A stretch of 57,632 bases of DNA from an uncultured Zetaproteobacteria bacterium (GTDB lineage: Bacteria > Pseudomonadota > Zetaproteobacteria > Mariprofundales > Mariprofundaceae). Where the stretch lies: the NCBI GenBank assembly GCA_964442955.1, contig CAYUBK010000001.1, positions 1 through 57,632 on the forward strand, written 5' to 3'. Within the stretch, counting starts at the first letter, position 1. Each line of letters begins with the position of its first letter. Under the pieces are notes generated by a model that ran no database searches, was not told where the DNA came from, and saw only the letters and a program-made list of their open reading frames with translations. A program made the translations under genes and the position numbers. Shown here one piece after another: positions 36,686 through 47,197 of this stretch.

Positions 36686-38536
36686 ATGCCGATTGATGTA
36701 TTTATGAGCCAGTTATCCCCTACCATGACCGAAGGCAAGATTGCCCGCTGGTTAAAGAAGGAGGGTGATGAGCTGGTTTCCGGTGAAGTAATGGCCGAAG
36801 TGGAAACGGATAAAGCGACGATGGAAATGGAAGTCGTCGATGAAGGTGTGTTACATAAAATCATCGCGCCGGAGGGTTCGATTGTGCCAGTCGGTGCAGC
36901 GATTGCGGTGATTGCCGAGGATGGCGAAGATGTCCCCGCTGATTATTTACCGGAGAGTTCCGGCGTTGATGTCGTGGCTACAGTAGAAACCGCGCCCGCA
37001 GAAGAAGCAGCGGAACTGGCCGCCGAATCTGCACCGGAAGCGCAAGCTGCGGCAGAAATCGGTCATGCCGTTCACGATGCTGAAGAAGCCGTTGAAGAAG
37101 AATATGAACTGAGCCTCAAACCAGTCGGCCTGTTCAATGCCGATGGCGAATTCGACGTGGTTGTCATTGGCGCTGGCCCCGGCGGTTATGTGGCGGCGAT
37201 TCGCGCCGCGCAACTGGGCCTGAAAGTGGCCTGTATCGAATCCACCCATCTGGGCGGCATCTGTTTGAACTGGGGCTGTATCCCGACCAAAGCCTTATTA
37301 CGCACAGCCGAAGTCATCAACATTATTCAGCATAGCGGTGATGCGCTGGGTCTAGGTGTGAGCGAGGCCAATCCCGATTTGAAAAAGGCCGTCGCACGTT
37401 CACGCGCAATTTCCGCCAAGCTGAACAAGGGTATCGGCTTCTTGTTCAAGAAAAACAAGATTGAACATATCGAAGGCTTTGCATCATTCGAGTCAGGCAA
37501 TAAGCTGATGGTGAAAGATGCCGACGGCAATGCCAAACAGGTTACGGCCAAACACGTGATTGTGGCGACCGGCGCTCGGGCACGCGCATTTCCGGGCATG
37601 GATGTCGATAATGAAGTCGTGATTACCTACAAACAGGCGCTGGCTCCGAAGGCGTTACCGAAAAAATTGATAATCATCGGCAGCGGTGCCATTGGTATGG
37701 AGTTCGCCTATTTCTACAAGGCCATGGGCTCTGATGTCACCGTGATTGAAGCCGCCGATCAGATTCTGCCGCTGGAAGATCACGAGATTTCCAAATTGGT
37801 AGCGCGCTCGTTCAAGAAACAGAAAATCAACATCATTACCGGTGCGATGGTTTCCTCGGCCAAAAATGTCGATGGCAAAGCCGTGGTCGAATATGAAGCA
37901 AAGGGGAAGCAGCAAAGCAGCGAAGGCGATACCTGTCTGGTCGCCGTCGGCGTGATCGGCAATACCGATGCGATTGGCGCGAACAACACATCCATGCAGG
38001 TTGATCGCAATACGATTGCAGTGGATGACTGGTATCGCACCGATCATCCGGGCATCTATGCCATTGGCGACGTGGTCGGCGCACCGGCGCTGGCGCATGT
38101 GGCCAGCCATGAAGGCATTGTCTGCGTCGAGGCGATTGCTGAAAAACATCCGCACAAAGTGGATTACGGCAATGTGCCGGGCTGCACCTATTGCCAGCCG
38201 CAGGTCGGTTCGATCGGCAAGACGGAAAATCAGTGTAAGGCAGAGGAAATTCCGTACAAGGTCGGCCGCATGTCGTACAACACCAACGGTAAAGCCATGG
38301 GACTGGCCGAGACTGATGGCATGGTTAAAACCATCTTCCATGCCGAAAGCGGCGAATTGCTGGGCGCGCATATTGTCGGTGCGGAAGCGACCGAGATGAT
38401 TGTTTCACTCGGTGTCGCCAAAACACTGGAAACCACAGAAGCGGAACTGGCCCACCATATGTTCCCGCATCCGACACTATCTGAAATGATTCATGAATCT
38501 GTACTGGATTCAGATGATCGCGCTATTCATATCTGA
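36686..38536 (+). CDS. lpdA: Dihydrolipoamide dehydrogenase E3 with N-terminal lipoyl domain
   Basis: Lipoyl domain, then GAGPGGY, GGICLNWGCIPTK, HPTLSE. Confidence 0.95.
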   Translation: MPIDVFMSQLSPTMTEGKIARWLKKEGDELVSGEVMAEVETDKATMEMEVVDEGVLHKIIAPEGSIVPVGAAIAVIAEDGEDVPADYLPESSGVDVVATVETAPAEEAAELAAESAPEAQAAAEIGHAVHDAEEAVEEEYELSLKPVGLFNADGEFDVVVIGAGPGGYVAAIRAAQLGLKVACIESTHLGGICLNWGCIPTKALLRTAEVINIIQHSGDALGLGVSEANPDLKKAVARSRAISAKLNKGIGFLFKKNKIEHIEGFASFESGNKLMVKDADGNAKQVTAKHVIVATGARARAFPGMDVDNEVVITYKQALAPKALPKKLIIIGSGAIGMEFAYFYKAMGSDVTVIEAADQILPLEDHEISKLVARSFKKQKINIITGAMVSSAKNVDGKAVVEYEAKGKQQSSEGDTCLVAVGVIGNTDAIGANNTSMQVDRNTIAVDDWYRTDHPGIYAIGDVVGAPALAHVASHEGIVCVEAIAEKHPHKVDYGNVPGCTYCQPQVGSIGKTENQCKAEEIPYKVGRMSYNTNGKAMGLAETDGMVKTIFHAESGELLGAHIVGAEATEMIVSLGVAKTLETTEAELAHHMFPHPTLSEMIHESVLDSDDRAIHI

Positions 38537-38609
38537 TTCAAAAAAATCACGTCAGAGACGGGCTGGCTTGCTATTGTAGAAAATTGATTTCCGGTGCCGG
38601 GAATGGCAT

Positions 38610-39074
38610 TTACCTCTTTTCAAATTCGTAACGAATCTTCTCAATGCGTTTGCGATTGGCGCCGAAGTCGGAATAACCCACCCGTGATGCCGAGCGAACA
38701 TGCAGTTGATTGTGTTCGACATCCAGGCGAAATTCTACATCATCCACAAAGCGTAACAGGGAAGATGTGAAGGTGGCATGCAGATAGGCGGCGGTTTGCC
38801 GTTGAATCTCGCCGCCATTGGCTTTGATCGTTGCAATCAATCTTGTCCACACCAATTGGCGATCTTCTTCGCTGATAGACAGTGGCGGAATACGGTTTCG
38901 TGATTCTGGCTCATGATTTTCACTGCACACACAGTTCGACTTATCCGGGCAAGCCCTGAGTTTACCGTTCAGCATATCGGGTGCCGGAAAATGGTGTGAA
39001 TAAAGCCCCATTGCAAGCGCTATCAACGCCACCATCCCGAACAATATAATCACAATGCTTATCAATTTCTTCAC
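38610..39074 (-). CDS. DUF1499 family protein
   Basis: CPDKSNCVCS, FVDDVEF, RSASRVGYSDFGANRKR; N-terminal TM. Confidence 0.9.
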   Translation of the reverse strand: MKKLISIVIILFGMVALIALAMGLYSHHFPAPDMLNGKLRACPDKSNCVCSENHEPESRNRIPPLSISEEDRQLVWTRLIATIKANGGEIQRQTAAYLHATFTSSLLRFVDDVEFRLDVEHNQLHVRSASRVGYSDFGANRKRIEKIRYEFEKR

Positions 39075-39214
39075 CGCCACTCCACATCTCGTCATCCGGC
39101 AGACCGTTGAACTCAGAGCAATGGTAGCAATCCTGCGGGTGGGCGCGACTACTAATTGGCACTTTTCAAACCATGAAAAAGTGCGTGATGCATCGAACTC
39201 GAACTTCTGTCAGT

Positions 39215-39245
39215 TTGACAAGCAAACCTTCTTCATCTATATAAT
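39215..39245 (+). promoter_or_regulatory. Putative sigma70 promoter of response regulator
   Basis: TTGACA followed by TATATAAT (17-19 nt spacing), then GGGAGG SD. Confidence 0.55.
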
Positions 39246-39273
39246 ACTATCTTGAAAGGGAGGAAGTAATTCA

Positions 39274-39624
39274 ATGCCCATTTACATTGTCGATGATAAT
39301 CCTGATGTCTGTGAATTTCTTGCATTTCTTCTATCCTGTGAAGGGCACAGAGTACATGCATTTTCTCATCCTGAGGATGCATTATCCCATATGCAGGCAA
39401 AGCAAGTCCAACCGGATATTTTGATAACGGATTACAATATGCCTACCATGAATGGGCGTGAATTGCACCAGCATGTCAGTCAGCGTGCACCCGCTGTGAA
39501 AACAATTTTGATATCGGGGCGTAGCTTGCATGGGGAAGCAGTCGGTTTACACTTTCTCCAAAAGCCATTTCCACCCGACCATATAATCAAGCTGGTTGAG
39601 TCGCTAAAACCGACTAAACAGTAA
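39274..39624 (+). CDS. Single-domain response regulator
   Basis: IVDD, ITDYNMP, ISG, KPF. Confidence 0.9.
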   Translation: MPIYIVDDNPDVCEFLAFLLSCEGHRVHAFSHPEDALSHMQAKQVQPDILITDYNMPTMNGRELHQHVSQRAPAVKTILISGRSLHGEAVGLHFLQKPFPPDHIIKLVESLKPTKQ

Positions 39625-40108
39625 AGCCTTCCGCACCCCGACGCATGCCCAGCGGACCGCTGCGGGTCGTTTCAATAACTCCAAAGGTATTTAGCTCCTG
39701 AAGAATCACATCAAGGATGTCCACCTTATTGGTGAATTCAAGAATCATGTGGCTATCGATATGATCATCAATGACTTTGCCGTCATATTCTTCCACCAGT
39801 TCCAGCAATGCTTCACAACAATCCGCATCGACCCTCACCTTGACCATCAACATGCCGCGCTCCAGATGCACGGCATGCGAAATATCCTCTACCTTGATGA
39901 CAGGGATCAGTTTGTTCAACTGTTTCTTGATCTGTTCAATCACATGCTCATCACCGCGCGTAACCAACGTCATGCGACTGATACTCTTATCCTGCAACGG
40001 AGCCACATTCAGCGTTTCAATATTGTAACCGCGCGCCGAAAAAAGGCCGGCAATACGGGTGAGCACGCCGAACTCGTTTTCAACCAGGACTGTAATGGTA
40101 TGCCTCAT
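39614..40108 (-). CDS. ilvN: Acetohydroxyacid synthase small subunit
   Basis: VLVENEFGVLTRIAGLFSARGYNIETL; QIKKQLNKLIPVIKV. Confidence 0.95.
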   Translation of the reverse strand: MRHTITVLVENEFGVLTRIAGLFSARGYNIETLNVAPLQDKSISRMTLVTRGDEHVIEQIKKQLNKLIPVIKVEDISHAVHLERGMLMVKVRVDADCCEALLELVEEYDGKVIDDHIDSHMILEFTNKVDILDVILQELNTFGVIETTRSGPLGMRRGAEGFTV

Positions 40109-41808
40109 GATAACACCATCTCGTTCAGCGCCGCACCTGCCGGCACCATCGGAAATACATTTTCCTCTCGGGAAACCGCCACATCCACCAGCACAAAGCT
40201 TTCGCCATCCACTTCAAATGCTTCTTTCAAAGTCGCATCCAGTGCCGATACTTGATCCACGCGCATGCCAACGCCGCCAAATGCTTCCGCCAGCTTCACA
40301 AAATCCGGCAAGGCATCAAAATAGGAGTGGGAATAACGGGATTCGTAAAACATTTCCTGCCACTGGCGCACCATGCCCATATAGGCATTGTTGAGTATAA
40401 TGATGACAATTGGCAGCTTATACTGATACATCGTCGCCAACTCCTGAATGCACATCTGAATGGAAGCATCGCCAGTGAATACAACTACCCGATCATCCGG
40501 CATGGCAATTTGTGCGCCGAGGCCTGCTGGCAATCCATACCCCATCGTGCCCAATCCACCGGATGTAAGGAAGCGGTTGGCCTTACGGAAACCGTAATGT
40601 TGCGCCGTCCACATCTGATGCTGGCCGACATCGGTCACCACAATGGCATCGCCTTCAGTCAGGGCATGCGCCTTGCGAATCACGGATTGCGGCATAATCG
40701 GGCCATCATCCGACTGCTCGAAATGCAGTGAATCTACGGTGCGCCATTCTTCAATCTGCTCCCACCACAGAGCCAGTGCAGCCTCATTCGGCTGGCCATT
40801 CTTGCGGGCTATTTCTTCCAACAACTGGGTAAGCACCACTTTCACATCACCGACAATGGGTAAGTGAGCATGTACATTCTTGGAGATCGAGGAAGGGTCG
40901 ACATCGATATGAATCACCGTCGCATCCGGTGCAAAGGCTTCAATCTTTCCGGTTACCCGATCATCAAAACGGGCGCCGACAGCAACCAGCAAATCGCAAT
41001 GCGATACCGCCATATTCGCTTCGTAAGTGCCGTGCATACCCAGCATGCCGAGAAAATGTGAGTCATCATGAGGGATACCGCCAAGACCCATCAGCGTATT
41101 GGTCACCGGTGCGTTGAGCGTATGAGACAATTCCCGCAACAGCGATGCGCTGCCGGCCGCATTCATGATGCCGCCACCGCTATACAGTACAGGACGCTGG
41201 GCTGCCAGCATCTTTCTGACTGCCTTTTTAATCTGTCCCGGGTGACCGCTTGTAACCGGTTGATAAGAGCGCATATTGACAGATTCCGGCCACTCGAATT
41301 CACAAATATTGATACTGATATCCTTGGGGATATCAACCAGCACCGGGCCGGGTCGACCGGTTGTGGCGATATGGAATGCCTGACGAATAATAAGCGCCAG
41401 ATCTTCGGCGCGCTTGACCAGAAAGTTATGTTTGGTGGCCGAGCGGGTAATACCAACGACATCGGCTTCCTGAAAAGCATCATTGCCAATCAGACTGGAT
41501 GGCACCTGACCGGAAAAGCAGACTATGGGGGTAGAATCAGCCAGCGCATCAGCTAGGCCGGTGACCGCATTGGTTGCGCCGGGGCCGGAAGTGACCAGCG
41601 CCACGCCGCACTTACCGGACGCACGCGCATAACCGCTGGCGGCATGCAGCGCACCCTGCTCATGGCGTACCAGATAATGATTGAAATGATCCTGCTTGAA
41701 AATAGCATCATAAATCTGCAATACGGCACCGCCGGGATAACCGAAAATGGTATCCACGCCTTCCCGCTTCAGACATTCAACAAGGATTTCCGCACCGCTT
41801 AATTTCAT
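40105..41808 (-). CDS. ilvB: Acetohydroxyacid synthase large subunit
   Basis: FGYPGGAVL, TSGPGATN, DVGQHQMW, SGGLGTMG, GMVRQWQ. Confidence 0.96.
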   Translation of the reverse strand: MKLSGAEILVECLKREGVDTIFGYPGGAVLQIYDAIFKQDHFNHYLVRHEQGALHAASGYARASGKCGVALVTSGPGATNAVTGLADALADSTPIVCFSGQVPSSLIGNDAFQEADVVGITRSATKHNFLVKRAEDLALIIRQAFHIATTGRPGPVLVDIPKDISINICEFEWPESVNMRSYQPVTSGHPGQIKKAVRKMLAAQRPVLYSGGGIMNAAGSASLLRELSHTLNAPVTNTLMGLGGIPHDDSHFLGMLGMHGTYEANMAVSHCDLLVAVGARFDDRVTGKIEAFAPDATVIHIDVDPSSISKNVHAHLPIVGDVKVVLTQLLEEIARKNGQPNEAALALWWEQIEEWRTVDSLHFEQSDDGPIMPQSVIRKAHALTEGDAIVVTDVGQHQMWTAQHYGFRKANRFLTSGGLGTMGYGLPAGLGAQIAMPDDRVVVFTGDASIQMCIQELATMYQYKLPIVIIILNNAYMGMVRQWQEMFYESRYSHSYFDALPDFVKLAEAFGGVGMRVDQVSALDATLKEAFEVDGESFVLVDVAVSREENVFPMVPAGAALNEMVLS

Positions 41809-41940
41809 GGTCGTTTCACTGCACTCACAAGGATTTCAAGATAGCCGAAGAAGCTGCACCCGCGCTTACCTATGGTCAAGAAAATGCCCGAAAAAACACT
41901 GTGGAAATAAGGCTATTACTCAATCGAACTATGTGCAAAG

Positions 41941-43263
41941 TCAGACAAAATACTGATCCAGTACCCTGTACAGGTAAAAGGCATCCAGACGACCGGCAAG
42001 TTCGCGGATCGAGTGCATGGCCAACGTGGGTACGCCGACATCAACGGTACGCACTCCGAGTTGATTCGCCGTAATCGGGCCGATAGTACTGCCGCACCCC
42101 ATGTCGCTACGCACCACAAAGGTTTGCACCGGCACACTGACCGTATCGCACAGATGCCTGAACAGCGCACTGGTTTCACTGTTGCTGGCATAGCGTTGAT
42201 TGGCGTTGATTTTGATGACCGGTCCCTTATTGATGACAGGTCCATGATTGGGCTCATGCTTATCAGCGAAATTGGGGTGGATGGCATGGGCATTATCCAC
42301 TGAAATCATCAAGCTGGCAGCCAGCATTCGGCTAACCTGCTCATCGTTTGTGCATACATTATTGGCACACAGGCGGGTGAGCACGGATTTCAGGAACGTC
42401 CCCTGTGCACCGGCAGTTGATACACTGCCTACTTCCTCATGATCATTGCATACCAGCAATACGTTTCCATCTCCCTGATGGCCTAAGAGCGCCATTAAAC
42501 CGGTATAACAGCTAAGCAGGTTATCGAGCCGGGCACTGGCAATAAAATCATCGTTCAAGCCGATAAGGGCGGGTGCCTGCACATCATAAAAACTCAATTC
42601 ATAATCCAGTACTTTCACCGCTTTGGCACGATCCGGTTGCGTGGCGGTGATCTGCTCATTCACCATATCCAGTAACAGCGTATTGAAGTGGATATCAGTG
42701 TCAGCGCTACTGTCCGGCAAATTCATCAACACCGCCGGCAAATCGGTTTGTTTGTTAATTGTGCGCTGATCATTGGCTTTGCGATCCAGGTGGATAGCCA
42801 GACTGGGGATCACAGCCACCGCTTTTTCCAGATTGATCAACTGATGCTCAATGTTGTTGTTCTCACTGAGAAAGCTGACCCGGCCTGCAAGTGACAGATC
42901 GCGATCAAACCAGGGGTTGAGCAGCGCGCCGCCGTACACTTCTACACCCAGTTGCAGGTAGTTTTTAGCGGTGATTTCCGGGTTCGGCTTTACCCTCAGG
43001 CAGGGGCTGTCGGTATGCGCACCAACCATGCGGATACCGTGTTCCGGCAAGGGTTGATGCAACCCGAATGCAATAATGGATGAATCATTACGCGTAACAA
43101 AACAGCGTTGGCCAACCTGCGGATGCCCCCATTGCTCTGTTTCCGTTAGGCGACTGAAACCAGCCTCTTCAAGTATTTCAACCATAGCTTGAACGGCATG
43201 GAAAGGTGTGGGTGACTTCTGTATGAAGTCCAGCAACCCGTGAACGAAATTTGCATGTTGCAT
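41941..43263 (-). CDS. apeB: M18 family (aspartyl) aminopeptidase
   Basis: [39 protein letters not shown]. Confidence 0.92.
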   Translation of the reverse strand: MQHANFVHGLLDFIQKSPTPFHAVQAMVEILEEAGFSRLTETEQWGHPQVGQRCFVTRNDSSIIAFGLHQPLPEHGIRMVGAHTDSPCLRVKPNPEITAKNYLQLGVEVYGGALLNPWFDRDLSLAGRVSFLSENNNIEHQLINLEKAVAVIPSLAIHLDRKANDQRTINKQTDLPAVLMNLPDSSADTDIHFNTLLLDMVNEQITATQPDRAKAVKVLDYELSFYDVQAPALIGLNDDFIASARLDNLLSCYTGLMALLGHQGDGNVLLVCNDHEEVGSVSTAGAQGTFLKSVLTRLCANNVCTNDEQVSRMLAASLMISVDNAHAIHPNFADKHEPNHGPVINKGPVIKINANQRYASNSETSALFRHLCDTVSVPVQTFVVRSDMGCGSTIGPITANQLGVRTVDVGVPTLAMHSIRELAGRLDAFYLYRVLDQYFV

Positions 43264-43327
43264 AAGAGCTCCCTGCCGTCAGTTTTGAATTAAAATGGCC
43301 TCAACGTGTTGCTATATATCTACTAAA

Positions 43328-43771
43328 TCACACCGCCAATGTCATCAGTACAGCGTCTTCGCGGCAACCGGAGGCGTCGGGGGCATAGTAGTTTTTTCGA
43401 TAACCGACTTCTTCAAAACCCAGTCCGGCATAGAGTTTTCTGGCGGCCTGATTGGACAAGCGTACTTCCAGCGTAATGACTGGTGGCTTTTCTGCCGAAG
43501 CAGCCAGCATTTCCGTCATGCGTTTGGCCAGCCCCTGTCTTCGATAAATGGCGGACACGGCAACCTGCATGATCTGGATTTCATCCACCACGGTCAGGCT
43601 GAGCAGGTAGGCGACAGGGTCGCCATCGGCCTCACAAATAATCAGCCCGTAACCGGATTCAAGCGCCGAGAATAACGATTCTTTCGACCAGTATTCAGAA
43701 AAATTCTCTCTGTTTAAACGATAAACCGCTTCAAGGTCTGCAAGCGCGCCGCGCCGCAACATTAATGCCAT
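43328..43771 (-). CDS. rimI: Ribosomal protein S18-alanine N-acetyltransferase
   Basis: RRQGLA, LEVRLSNQAARKLY...GF...RKNYY...EDA. Confidence 0.9.
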   Translation of the reverse strand: MALMLRRGALADLEAVYRLNRENFSEYWSKESLFSALESGYGLIICEADGDPVAYLLSLTVVDEIQIMQVAVSAIYRRQGLAKRMTEMLAASAEKPPVITLEVRLSNQAARKLYAGLGFEEVGYRKNYYAPDASGCREDAVLMTLAV

Positions 43772-43773
43772 GA

Positions 43774-46035
43774 CTACGCTGTTTCCGGCACCTCAATCGC
43801 CTCTTTCCAGCCGCAACCTTCTGTCGCACACACATGTTCGGTGCCGCGACGCTTGGTGACCTTAACAGTAACAAATGGTGCATTGCACTCAGGGCAGGTG
43901 CGATCAATCGGTTCATTCCACAACGCATTTTTGCACTTGGGATAAGCCGAGCAGGAATAGAAAACTTTACCCCGTCGCGACTTCTTCTCTAAAAAAGTGC
44001 CCTTGCCGCATTGCGGGCAGGAGATGCCTGTGTCTTTCGGCTTTTCCAGCGGCTGAATGTTTTTGCATTTGGGGTAAGCTGAACAACCTAGAAATTTGCC
44101 ATAGCGTCCCGCTTTAATCACCATCGGCTCACCGCACAGTTCACATTTCTGGTCGGAGAGTTCGGGTTCGGCCTGCTCACCTTCTTTGCCATTCAGCGGC
44201 TTGGCCACCTTACATTCCGGATAACCGGTGCAGGCAAGGAACTTACCATAACGCCCCAGTTTAATGGCCATTGGTTTACCGCATTCCGGGCATGCTTCCT
44301 CGGTTTCTTCCGATGGGCGCGGGGCAGTCGCTGCAATATCGACTGCGGCTTTAAACGGCCCCCAGAAATCACGCAATATCGGCTTCCAGCCACTCTCTCC
44401 GCGTGCAACTGCATCGAGTTTATCTTCTACTGAGGCGGTAAATTTCGGATTCACAATATCATTGAATGAAGAAACCAGAAACTTGTTCACCCATTCGCCC
44501 GTATCGGTCGGCACAAAACGCTTTCTTTCCATCTCCACATATTCGCGTACGCGCAGCACATTCAGAATTGATGCATAGGTGGACGGACGGCCAATACCGT
44601 CGGCTTCGAGTTCTTTGACCAGCGTCGCCTCGGAAAAGCGCGGTTTGGGCTCAGTGAAATGCTGCTTGGCCGTGGCCTGTTTGATGCCAATCGCATCGCC
44701 AGTGGCCAGCGGCGGCAGCAAACGTTCCTTGTCATCTTTGGCCGGTTCATCCGTACCTTCAATATAGAGCTTACGGAAACCGGCAAAGGCCAGCGTTGAA
44801 CCAGTGGCACGTAACATCAGGTCACCGGAATCGATATCCGCACGTACCTGATCGAGTACAGCGGCAGCCATTTGCGATGCCAGCGCCCGTTTCCATATAA
44901 GTTTATATAGCTTCAATCCGTCCACATCGAGCACGGATTTCATAGCTTCGGGCGTGCGCGTGATTGAGGTGGGGCGAATAGCCTCATGCGCTTCCTGCGC
45001 GTTTTTGCTCCGGGTCTTAAAATGGCGCGGTTTTTCAGGCAGATATTTACTGCCATAGGAACTGATAATATGCACGCGCATCTCGTCAATAGCATCTTCG
45101 GACACATTCAGCGAATCGGTTCGCATATAAGTAATTAAACCGACCGGTTCGCCGTCCACTTCTATGCCCTCATACAGTTTCTGCGCCACCTGCATGGTTT
45201 TTCTGGCCGTAAAACCTAATTTGCGCGAGGCGTCCATTTGCAGCGTGGTCGTGATAAACGGGGGAGAGGGCTGCTGCCTGCTCTGTTTCTTTTTCACATC
45301 GACAACGCTGAATGTGCCCTTCTCAACCCGCCTCGCCATCACCTTGGCATTGACGCCATCGGTAATGGAGAATTTTGTCAGCCCTTTACCATCGACGGCA
45401 TGCAACTGCGCCTGAAATCCAGCTTTATCGGCTTCACATGCCGTATCAATCGTCCAAAACTCTTTCGGGTCAAAATCGCGGATATGCTGTTCACGCTCAC
45501 AAATCAGACGCAGTGCCACAGATTGCACACGCCCGGCCGACAAACCGCTGCGAATCTTACGCCACAACAAGGGTGAAAGGGTAAAGCCCACCAGATAATC
45601 CAGTGCGCTGCGCGCCTGCTGGGCATCGACCAGCTGTAGATCCACTTCGCCCGGATTTTCAACGGCTTCGGTAATGGCTTTCTTGGTAATTTCGTTAAAG
45701 GTAATACGCTGAATCTGCTTACCATCCAGCGAACCGCGATCGCGCAAGACTTCCGCCACATGCCATGCAATGGCTTCACCCTCACGATCCAGATCGCTGG
45801 CGAGAATCAGGGTATCGGCCCGCTTCATGGCCTTATCAATAGCATCGATGCGTTTTTTCTTATCATCAATAATCTGATACTTGATAGCGAAATCGTTATC
45901 CGGGTCAACTGAACCGTCTTTCTTGGGAAAGGCGCGGACATGACCGTAACTGGCCAGCACTTTATAGCCTTTGCCCAGATATTTTTCGATCGTTTTCGCC
46001 TTGGCGGGGGACTCCACAACAACAACTGCGCTCAT
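43774..46035 (-). CDS. topA: DNA topoisomerase I
   Basis: VESPAKAK, DLDREGE, SAGRVQS, ITYMRTD, C-terminal zinc ribbons. Confidence 0.97.
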   Translation of the reverse strand: MSAVVVVESPAKAKTIEKYLGKGYKVLASYGHVRAFPKKDGSVDPDNDFAIKYQIIDDKKKRIDAIDKAMKRADTLILASDLDREGEAIAWHVAEVLRDRGSLDGKQIQRITFNEITKKAITEAVENPGEVDLQLVDAQQARSALDYLVGFTLSPLLWRKIRSGLSAGRVQSVALRLICEREQHIRDFDPKEFWTIDTACEADKAGFQAQLHAVDGKGLTKFSITDGVNAKVMARRVEKGTFSVVDVKKKQSRQQPSPPFITTTLQMDASRKLGFTARKTMQVAQKLYEGIEVDGEPVGLITYMRTDSLNVSEDAIDEMRVHIISSYGSKYLPEKPRHFKTRSKNAQEAHEAIRPTSITRTPEAMKSVLDVDGLKLYKLIWKRALASQMAAAVLDQVRADIDSGDLMLRATGSTLAFAGFRKLYIEGTDEPAKDDKERLLPPLATGDAIGIKQATAKQHFTEPKPRFSEATLVKELEADGIGRPSTYASILNVLRVREYVEMERKRFVPTDTGEWVNKFLVSSFNDIVNPKFTASVEDKLDAVARGESGWKPILRDFWGPFKAAVDIAATAPRPSEETEEACPECGKPMAIKLGRYGKFLACTGYPECKVAKPLNGKEGEQAEPELSDQKCELCGEPMVIKAGRYGKFLGCSAYPKCKNIQPLEKPKDTGISCPQCGKGTFLEKKSRRGKVFYSCSAYPKCKNALWNEPIDRTCPECNAPFVTVKVTKRRGTEHVCATEGCGWKEAIEVPETA

Positions 46036-47150
46036 GTTCGATGCAACTCCACAGACAACATATAACGGCTGCCCGGCAAGCGTTCAATCACACCCTGCAG
46101 CTCAAGGCGCAGCACGATGGGGGAAAGCTCAGGCACGGTCAAGCCGCAAGTTTCAGCCAGATGATCCAGATGCATGCTTCCACCAAGCAATGCCTGCAAC
46201 AGTTTTGACTCACCCGCATCGCTTGGTTGATAGCTTTTTCCACCGCTTGCGCTTCCCTGTTCAGTGGACTGCCACCCCATATTTTGCAATACATCATCGG
46301 CATTTTCAGCCAATACAGCCCCGTCGCGAATCAGCAGATGGCAACCGGCATGATTGCCGCCGAGCACCGAGCCCGGCACGGCGAATACCTCACGCCCATA
46401 GTCAAGCGCCTGCCTGGCGGTAATCAGGGAACCCGAACGCACATCCGCTTCCATCACCAGCGTAGCATGGCTCAAACCGGCAATAATACGATTGCGGCGC
46501 GGGAAATGTTCCGGTCTGGCAGTGATTTCCGGCAAGAATTCACTGACCACACAGCCCTGGACCGCAATCGCCAGTACCTGCCGCTGTTGTTGTTCGGATA
46601 ACGCCGCCAGTCCGCAGCCCAGCACGGCAACCGTGGGTGAATCCCCTTCAATCGCGCCGCCATGCGCCGCCGCATCGATGCCATAGGCCATGCCGCTAAC
46701 AATGCAGACATGATGACCGGATAAATAGCTGCACCAGCGCCGGGTAATGATACTACTTTCCCGGCTGGCCCGGCGCGCGCCCACCACGGCTAACATACGC
46801 TGATAATGAAGGCTGCTTACATCACCCTGAAAAAATAACAGTAGCGGCGCATCATCGAATGGCGCTAACGATTCCGGCCAAACCGGGTCATCGGGGCAGA
46901 TCAAGCCGATGCTCCGTTGACGACACATCTCGGTTGCAACTTCAACGGCCTGATCAAGGTTTTGCTCCAGCGCGGAAAGCACCGCCGGGCCAATGCCATC
47001 TATCGTTTGCAATTCAAGTGTCGACTGTGACCACAGGTTTTCTATACCGCCAACAGCTTGCACAAGCTTGCGCCCTGTCATAGGCCCGATGCCGCGCACC
47101 ATCGACAGCCGCAACCAGTCTACTGCCTTATCTGTAATCAAACGATTCAC
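46032..47150 (-). CDS. dprA: DNA-processing protein DprA
   Basis: VSGMAYGIDAAAH, FPRRNRIIAG, SGSLITA, C-terminal winged helix. Confidence 0.95.
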   Translation of the reverse strand: MNRLITDKAVDWLRLSMVRGIGPMTGRKLVQAVGGIENLWSQSTLELQTIDGIGPAVLSALEQNLDQAVEVATEMCRQRSIGLICPDDPVWPESLAPFDDAPLLLFFQGDVSSLHYQRMLAVVGARRASRESSIITRRWCSYLSGHHVCIVSGMAYGIDAAAHGGAIEGDSPTVAVLGCGLAALSEQQQRQVLAIAVQGCVVSEFLPEITARPEHFPRRNRIIAGLSHATLVMEADVRSGSLITARQALDYGREVFAVPGSVLGGNHAGCHLLIRDGAVLAENADDVLQNMGWQSTEQGSASGGKSYQPSDAGESKLLQALLGGSMHLDHLAETCGLTVPELSPIVLRLELQGVIERLPGSRYMLSVELHRT

Positions 47151-47197
47151 TGTTCGTAAGTAAAAAGGCCATAGACGTTTTTTACGACTTTATTATA

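Noticed and set aside
37655-38371. Long antisense ORF (238 aa) and similar shadow ORFs in rpoD, mutS, ilvB and the aldolase-SDR
   Set aside because: These are typical antisense shadows of codon-biased genes with no independent signals.
41809-41940. Attenuator leader peptide upstream of ilvB
   Set aside because: No clear Ile/Leu/Val-rich ORF with SD and no terminator hairpin were seen.
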